From the NCBI GenBank assembly GCA_051942205.1, contig JAVECO010000015.1, positions 186,001-211,983 of the forward strand: a DNA stretch of 25,983 nucleotides. The letters run 5' to 3'. The notes beneath the pieces were generated by a model. That model made no database searches. It worked only from the letters and a program-made list of their open reading frames with translations, and was not told the DNA's origin. Below, one piece after another: positions 18,732 through 25,983 of this stretch; positions within the stretch are counted from its first letter, which is position 1; every line of letters starts with the position of its first letter. Both the position numbers and the translations under genes were made by a program. The DNA comes from Coniocarpon cinnabarinum (Eukaryota).

Positions 18732-18960
18732 CAGCCACGCGCTCGTGCGAGTATGTCTGGTAGCCTCTGACCCTCTTGCTGCTCCCTACCCACCACGCCA
18801 CCCGATCCTCCAATCCTTCACGCTGACAACCTACGCGTCACCTCCACAAAGCTCCCTGGTGCTACCATGCTGCCACGCGATCACCGCTGCGCACCCACCC
18901 CGTCACACTCAGTATAGGTCTGTATACTGTCGCGAGTGACGCCTTGGCCTCTGTACGACT

Positions 18961-20616
18961 ATGAATGCGGACGTGGAGAAACAGAGCCAGCACTCCACCT
19001 CAAGCTCTCCAGAACCCTCCCAAACGGGCTCACGTTCAGACGATGCAGCCGCTGACGAGAAAGCGACGCCCTCGTCTCATGTCACTCCTTCTGAGTCCAA
19101 TATCGTCGACTGGGACGGACCCGACGACGTCGAAAACCCCATGAATTGGCCGCAGGGCAAGCGCATGGCCTCCATCTCTCTGGCAAGCGCCATCACTTTC
19201 ATCACTCCCTTGGCCTCCTCAATCTTTGCCCCGGGCGTGCCCTTACTCATGCAAGAATTCAACTCCGACAGCACGCTCCTGGCCAGTTTCGTGGTCTCAG
19301 TGTACCTGCTTGGCTTTGTCTTTGGTCCACTGGTTGTGGCGCCCGCCTCAGAGATCTGGGGTCGCTTGCCTGTCTACCATGCCGGCAACACCTTCTTCCT
19401 GATCTTCTGCGTCGCATGCGCGGTGTCTACAGATATCCCCATGTTCTGCGTCTTCCGGTTGCTGCAGGGTATTGCCGGTGCTGTGCCGCTCACCAATGGA
19501 GGCGCCACCATTGCGGATGTCATCCCGGTTGAGAGACGGGGCGCTGCTCTCGCAATCTGGGCTCTAGGACCTTTGATGGGACCAGGTCAGTCGTGTAGTG
19601 TCCTGTATCAACCGGACTCACGAGCTCGCTAGCTTACTCTTCAACAGTGCTCGGACCAATCATAGGAGGATTTCTATCGCAGTCTAAAGGCTGGCGATGG
19701 ACCTTTTGGCTACTGACCATCGTCGCGGGCGTGCTAACAATCGCTGCATTCATCTTCATGCGCGAGACCTATGCGCCTGTGTTGCTGGAGCGGAAAACCA
19801 AACGCTTACGGAAAGAAACCGGCAACCCCGCGCTGAGATCCAAGCTAGACACAGGCTTGAAGCCTAAGGATTTCTTTTTGCGGGCGATTATCCGACCTTC
19901 AAGGCTACTTACTCTCTCACCAATCGTGATACTCATATCATTGAACATGTCGATTGCGTTCGCCTACCTCTATTTGCTCTTTACAACTTTTACTTACGTC
20001 TTCGAAGGGCAGTACGGCTTCAATGCAGGCGAGTCTGGTCTAGCATACCTTGGCCTTGGTCTCGGGATGCTGCTTGGCCTACCTGTGTTTGGCAAGACGT
20101 CGGATGCCATGGTTAGGAAAAAGACGGCTAACAACAATGGTGTTGCAAAGCCTGAGTTCAGACTGCCGGCCATGCGTATGTCTGACCTCTGCATCAATGC
20201 TTTCGAAGCGTGGAATATAGGCTAACCTAGAGCCAGTTCTCGGACCGCCGCTAATCGCCGCTGGGCTCTTTGGATATGGCTGGACGGCCCAAGAACGCAC
20301 GCATTGGATAGCGCCTATAATTCTGTGCTTTCCGATCGGTCTTGGACAGATTGCGGTTTTCATGCCATCACAGACCTACCTCATTGATGCGTTTGGTCGC
20401 TATGCAGCATCGGCGGTCGCTGCGTCGACGATCATGCGATGCTTATTTGGTGCTTTACTGCCGCTGGCTGGGCAGCCCATGTACGACGCCTTGGGCTACG
20501 GATGGGGCAACAGTCTATTGGGATTCATATCGCTGGTCTGCGCACCTGTGCCGCTGTTCTTCATGAAGTATGGTGAACGGATACGAACATCAAAAAGATT
20601 TGCTTTGGAGTTATGA
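18961..20616 (+). CDS. MFS drug:H+ antiporter, DHA1 (12-TMS) family, about 510 aa. Exons 18961-19585, 19648-20175, 20237-20616
   Basis: Fungal DHA1 hallmarks: VDWDGPDDVENPMNW, GPLVVAPASEIWGRLPVY, FRLLQGIAG, GPLMGP|VLGPIIGGF, GWRWTFW, MRETYAPVLL, KPEFRL, TYLIDAF..AASAVAA, LGYGWGNSLLG, YGERIR. Two GT-AG introns restore the frame. Confidence 0.93.
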
Positions 20617-21159
20617 AAAAGATTACAGCAGCATAGCGTCGGCGTCTACTAGTGAACAGAACAAAGCATGGAATGTTTTGAGGATCAACAGAAATATATA
20701 GGCCTTTCGGGCACTTTAGTATTCTCATGACAGCTCACGATACGTCAGAATAGAATTGTCGAAGCCAATACAGGAAATTATCGGGGACTTGCCGAGCATC
20801 GGAGGTTACAAAGTTACGAGCTGAATGAGGCCGCTGCGCTGAACTCGAGGGTCTCTATATATGCCTTGAGTTTCAGGCAGAAGCACATGATTTCACACCT
20901 GGCCTTGTGGTCATTCCAAGCCACCCCACGGAAAACTGGTTTGTTTTTGAAATTCGAGTATTTGAACGTGTAAACTATATCAAGAACTACACTCAACTCC
21001 TCAGACAGCCCTTAGGCTTGTTTGCAGGCCTCCTAGTAGTCCTAGTTTAGTGCCTGACCGCACCTAAGATAGCACTAACGACGCGCCTATCCTAGAACTC
21101 TTTCGCGATCTTTAACGAGGATACACTACTATCTATTAATACAGATATAACACCTAGAG

Positions 21160-22343
21160 AATAGCAGCAAGAGCAAGAGAGCCTAGCTACTCTCTAGAAA
21201 GTTACAGGCAACAAAAAGATTTATAAACTATTAGCAAAGAAACAGAAAAATAATAAATATACATTAACAGACATTATAAAGAAGAATATAGTAGCAACAC
21301 TTAGCTCACTTGTTAAGCAGATTAATAAAATATTAGATTAAATATTATTAATAGAGGCGAATATAATAGTCTTAGTAAAGGAAAATATAGGGCTTAAGGC
21401 TCTACTTATAGAGTAGAAAGGTAGAACAGTTAAAGTAATTTTATAGACTAGATAGAATATAAGTAGCGGCCCTACTATTACAATTACTTCTATATTAAAA
21501 TAAACGTCTTATACTAGTATTAGCGTAGCTAATATAGTATATACCCCTAATTCTATATAACTAACTATCCCTTAATAGCAAAGACCCTAGATATATAAGG
21601 TCTTACTTAACCTATAGAGTATAAGCAAACTAGCATAGTAAAGAATAAACCTAGCAGATATAAGTATAGTATACTAAAAGATCTAGATAAGCTTTAAAAG
21701 CTTTAAGCCGCTCTATATAACTTAAATTTAAAAATTTATAAAATTATAAGATAACAATATAGTTATAATTAGATTACTTAAAAAAGATAAGAGATAGTTT
21801 AGAGATAGCGCTAACACCTAAATATACTAGTACTTTAAAGGTAGCTATATATCTAGCTACTAGTAGTACTTAATAAAGCTTAACTAAGTCCTAAAGAACT
21901 TTATTTTATATAATAGTAAGATTAGAGATAGTCTTAAAGAAGACTTTAGTAAAAAAAATAGATACCGCCTAGTAGTAATCTAGCTACTTAGCTAGTAGAA
22001 AGACTATAAATAGTACTACTCTATTTTAATATAGTTTAATAATATTAAGCTATATAATACTATATTCTAAAAAATAGAGGTAAGCCTAAGAGGTTCTATA
22101 GTCTACGCTAATTACTTTAAGCGCTAGCTAGTACTAATACAATATATAAAGTGCTACTAATTTAGGCATAAAGCAGCTTAATATAGCAACTAAGAGTACT
22201 ATAGATAGTATAGTAAGAGAGGCTATATATATAAAGACTATACTAATAAGCTATAATATATTAATTATAACTAGGCTTATTTAGCTTAGGTAGCTTAATA
22301 TATAGAATTTAAGAACTAGCGCTATAATCTATATATTAAATAA
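21160..22343 (+). pseudogene. LINE ORF1 (gag-like nucleic-acid chaperone) relic
   Basis: 22140-22301 reads CAA TAT ATA AAG TGC TAC TAA TTT AGG CAT ... which de-RIPs to Q-C-x2-C-x4-H-x4-C, C-x2-C-x4-H-x4-C, C-x2-C-x3-H-x6-C: three CCHC knuckles typical of fungal LINE ORF1. The start position is approximate. Confidence 0.8.
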
Positions 22344-22393
22344 GTATATATTAGACTTAAACTATAGAATACTAGCTAATAGAGATAATACAG

Positions 22394-25300
22394 ATACCTA
22401 GGACCTTCTTAGTACTCTAATATAATATAGAAAAGTAGAAGCTAGCATATAAAAGCCTTTTTAATAATAAGACTATATATAACTTTAGCGCTATTATAGT
22501 ATAGAAGCCTTATTCTTTCTATCTAGTAGGTTAAGGTCTTATTATACTACTAGTAGTATCTATATACTAGATATAATATCTCTCTATAGGTTGTCTTTTA
22601 GAGCAACTTAATACTTATCTATAATTAGACCGCTATTAAGCCTACTTATAGATAAATAAATTAATTAAGGTAGTACTAGTAGCAATTAAGTTAACTAATA
22701 TTATAGTAGTTACACTATATTTACTAATATAGATAATTCTTTTATTCTTAATATATATTCTACCTAGTAGGTTACAAGTAGAGGGGCAAGAAACACTAAA
22801 ATAGTCTCTATAATTACTCGCTAACATAATTATAAGAACTAGAGACTAATATCCTATTCTTAATATACTAGTTACTAGAGATTTTAATTAATACGACCTA
22901 CTCTAAGGTAGCGTTAAGGCTACAGAATAAGGCTTATAAGATAAATCTAATATAATCTATAAGCTTATCTAAGTATATAATCTTTACTCCCTACTTCTAA
23001 TAGAGATAATTATGTTTAAGAGATTAGCTAGATTATTAATAATTAACCTTATTTTTATATTAGCTTAACTTGCTAAAGAGGTCTTCTAGTATTTAACTCT
23101 TTTTAATAACTATAGATCTAATTATCTCTCTATTTAGATAGTCTTTATAATTAAAGTACCTATAGTAACATAAAGCGAAAGCTATAACTTTAGATAGGCT
23201 CTCTAGACTAAAATTAACGCCTATATCTTAGAAGAAGTTAAATACTAGAGTACTAGCCCTATAGCCAACTTAATAGTTAATTATTAGGAAGCGAGGCTAG
23301 TAGAGGTAGTTTAGAAAGCCTTATATCTACACTATCCTAAATATAGACTATTACTATATATAAAACGCTAGTAGTTAGCTAATCTTATAGCACTATATAA
23401 TAACTATTGCTAAAAATAGAATATAGCACGCTCTATACGTCGCTAGGGTACTAGCTCCTTATACCTAAAGCAGGTTATAAGAGAAGCCTTACATAAATAG
23501 TTAAAAATAGTTAAGACTAGAAAGAAGGACTACTAGTTATCTTTTCTTAATAATACTAATAATATTTAGAGAGCCTTATAATATCTTAACCTAGTAAAGT
23601 TAAGCGTATTTATATTAGTACTAGCAATTTAAGTAAATAAGACGCTTTATACTAATAACCTGTTAATTATTAGTAAATTAATTACTATATTTTTTTTCTA
23701 AGTACTAGATATAGCTAAGTAGCAGTAACTACTAGTTTTTAATTAGCTCTCTAATACTCCTCTAAATAATAATAAGATCTATAGGGCTATTTTTGCCTAT
23801 AGTCCTAATAAAGCCCCTAGTCTTAATAGGCTTCCTATATTAGTATAGCAAAAGACATAGGAACTGCTTAGCATCTATATTTGCTACCTTTTTAAGGATA
23901 GCTTAGCTTAGGTAGAGCTCCTAGGGCCGTAGAAGACTATAAAAATTATACCTCTTAAGAAATAAGGCAAGTCTAATTATATAGTACCTAAAGTATATTA
24001 TCCGATTTTATTGCTCGCTATATTAGGTAAAGCTTTAGAGTACCTAGTAGCTAAATATATCTCTTTTCTAGTTAAGAAGCATTTATTACTACTAGCTATA
24101 CACTTTAGTAGCTATAAACAATGCTCTATAGTTTAAGCACTAACGTACTTCTAAGAAAGTATCTATATAGCATAGTAACAAAGAAAAGTACTTTTAATAG
24201 TCTTATTTAATAATAAAGGTACTTTTAATAGGGTCTTAAAAGCTACTCTTCTTACTTATCTATATAGTTAATAAGTCCTAGAGCGGCTAGTACGCTAGAT
24301 TAATAGCTTCTATTCTAATAGGCAAGTATTAGTACTTATTAATAGATACAAATTACCTAAAACTTTACTATATTAGGCTAGCCTTCTATAGAGTTTACTC
24401 TTATTACCTATATTATTTCTATTCTTTAATGCTAACCTAGTATAATACAATATACAGAGGAGAGGTTTCTTCGCCTATATTAATAATTATACAGCTTAGA
24501 TAGTAGAAGACTTTACTATAGACAATAGGGTCTAAATTAAAGCTAATCTACTACTATTTCTTTATAAATAGGAAGTAAATAGTAGTATAACCTTTAAGGT
24601 AGAGAAGATATAATTTTACTACTATATATAATATTATAATAAAGTAGATAATTAGTACCTTATATTTAAGAATTAAGAGATTTAGCCTACTAGAGATATA
24701 AAGCTTCTAAGAGTTATATTTAATTTAGTACTCTATTTTAATAAGTATATTACTAATATAGCAGTAAAGATATCTAAAGTAGCCCTTATACTATAACGCC
24801 TTTAAGGTCTATACCTAGTTATTACTTATTAACTATTTATCTTAACTATTATACTAGTAAGAGACTACGCCTTACTAATCTAGTTATAATAGGTAGTATT
24901 AGGGCTTCTCTACTAATTTAATAGGAGCTAATATATTACTATAGCGTCTATTATAGAAGGGTTTCGCTCTAACTTATTAATAGTACTAGAGTATAAAGTA
25001 GCTATCGTATCTTTTTTAGAGCGCTATTTATTATAAGCCTAAGCCTTTTAAATTATAATAAACACCTTATAAACTTAATATCCTCTATAGAGATAACGTA
25101 TTAGTTAAAGTAAACAATTTTTAAGCCCTCTATAATGTATTTAAAAACAATTTAGTAATATAGATACCGCCTACCTAGAAATAATTAAACTATATTATAT
25201 ACCTCTATAGAGACTACTACTAAGAGTAGAGGTCCCTTAATAAGAAGAGGTTATTAATAGAACTAGTATATAATATATTAGCGATATATTTATAGACGCC

Positions 25301-25983
25301 TTAATCTAGAAAGAGCGTCTAGGCCTAGATATATAGTATTCTAGAGGCTATTAGGCCTTTATCTAGGTTATTGGCTACTAGGTATTATATATAGGTAAAT
25401 TACTTACTATTAAGTAGGCTATAATTATAGTAGTACTACTATACTAGATAGTTAGCCTAGTTATAGTCTATTTAGATTACCTAGTAGCGATCTAATCTAT
25501 CTAACGGCTAAAGTATTAATTAGAATAAACGGTTCTATGCTAGATACTTAAATTAGCGTATATACAGATAAACTTCTACTAGTATCCTAGCTACTCTAAT
25601 ATTAATAGTAATAAGTATGCCTATTAGCTAGCTAGGTTAGCTATATAATATAAAGAAGGGATTTAGGATATAATAAGGTACTACTTAATAGTTAAGAGTA
25701 AGATTTATAGATAGAAATTATAACTAGCAGAAGATTTAAGAGTAAGTATATATAGTTAGTAAATTACTAGATATATTAATAAGGCTCTAATAGTATAACT
25801 ATATCTTAAGAAGCTATATAACTCTCTTTTAAGGTAGAGCGCAATAATTCTATATTAGTTATATATAGAGAAAGCTAGACTTAATAAGTATCTATTAAAG
25901 ATTAAGGCAGCTAATAGTAATCTATATAAATATAGATAGCTAGAGATAGTATAACACTTTCTCTTCTACTACCTAAGATAGAG
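22394..25983 (+). pseudogene. LINE ORF2 relic: APE-like endonuclease, reverse transcriptase, RNase H, C-terminal CCHC
   Basis: De-RIPed motifs: M-P-R-T-F-x-V-L-Q-Y-N-V (from 22394), VQEPY (~22498), GDFN..WG (~22877), KAPGLDGLP (~23810), YRPI.LL..LGKALE (~23996), FD.KGAFNGV (~24207), GLPQGS.LSPILFLFFNADL (~24380), FAYIDDY (TTC GCC TAT ATT AAT AAT TAT, 24470-24490), RNase H IFTDAS (~25286), GNEHAHQLARLA (~25607), C-x-C..ETVQHFLF.C (~25925-25972). Confidence 0.9.

Larger units (their letters stand above)
21000..25983 (+). mobile_element. RIP-inactivated Tad1-like non-LTR (LINE) retrotransposon, nearly full length; the 3' end lies beyond the window and the 5' boundary is approximate
   Basis: Abrupt shift to AT-rich sequence with a strong excess of TpA, depleted CpA/TpG and no long ORFs. 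Reverting TpA to CpA/TpG recovers ORF1 zinc knuckles and ORF2 endonuclease, RT, RNase H and CCHC motifs in canonical LINE order. Confidence 0.93.

Noticed and set aside
17895..18796. Cluster of 65-136 aa ORFs on both strands between the ligase and the MFS gene
   Set aside because: Mutually overlapping, motif-free and expected in GC-rich intergenic DNA. A small gene or lncRNA cannot be excluded without RNA data.
13267..20616. Secondary-metabolite gene cluster
   Set aside because: No backbone enzyme (PKS/NRPS/terpene synthase) or cluster regulator, and the region is interrupted by housekeeping ATP11.
22642..22827. 61-aa minus-strand ORF in the AT-rich block
   Set aside because: Chance ORF antisense to the RIP-degraded endonuclease region.
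21000..25983. Mitochondrial insertion, alternative genetic code, centromeric satellite or CRISPR-like array
   Set aside because: No tandem periodicity or organellar genes. The stops are explained by C-to-T/G-to-A changes in recognisable LINE domains.

Overview
Gene-dense genomic DNA from a filamentous ascomycete (Pezizomycotina; exact taxon cannot be determined here). It has short spliceosomal introns (46-68 nt) with CTRAC-type branch sites. Positions 1-~21,000 are roughly GC-balanced and hold eight intact genes. On the minus strand: a 1414-aa MBD4-type HhH DNA glycosylase without an MBD, an 898-aa uncharacterised protein, and meiotic MSH4 (7 introns, two apparently GC-AG). Then proteasome beta7/PRE4 (+), a DgoD-like D-galactonate dehydratase (+), ATP11 (-), a peroxisomal (PTS1 -AKL) aryl/acyl-CoA ligase (+) and a DHA1-family MFS transporter (+). 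From ~21,000 to the window end the sequence switches abruptly to AT/TpA-rich DNA. This is a near full-length Tad1-like LINE retrotransposon (gag-like ORF1 with 3 CCHC knuckles; ORF2 endonuclease-RT-RNase H-CCHC) destroyed by repeat-induced point mutation (RIP). The best candidates for new biology are (i) the co-oriented MSH4 / unknown protein / MBD4-like trio in a RIP-active genome and (ii) the concentration of non-canonical splice donors in MSH4. Both are inference and need synteny and RNA-seq tests. Exon boundaries were derived by hand and checked for frame continuity only.
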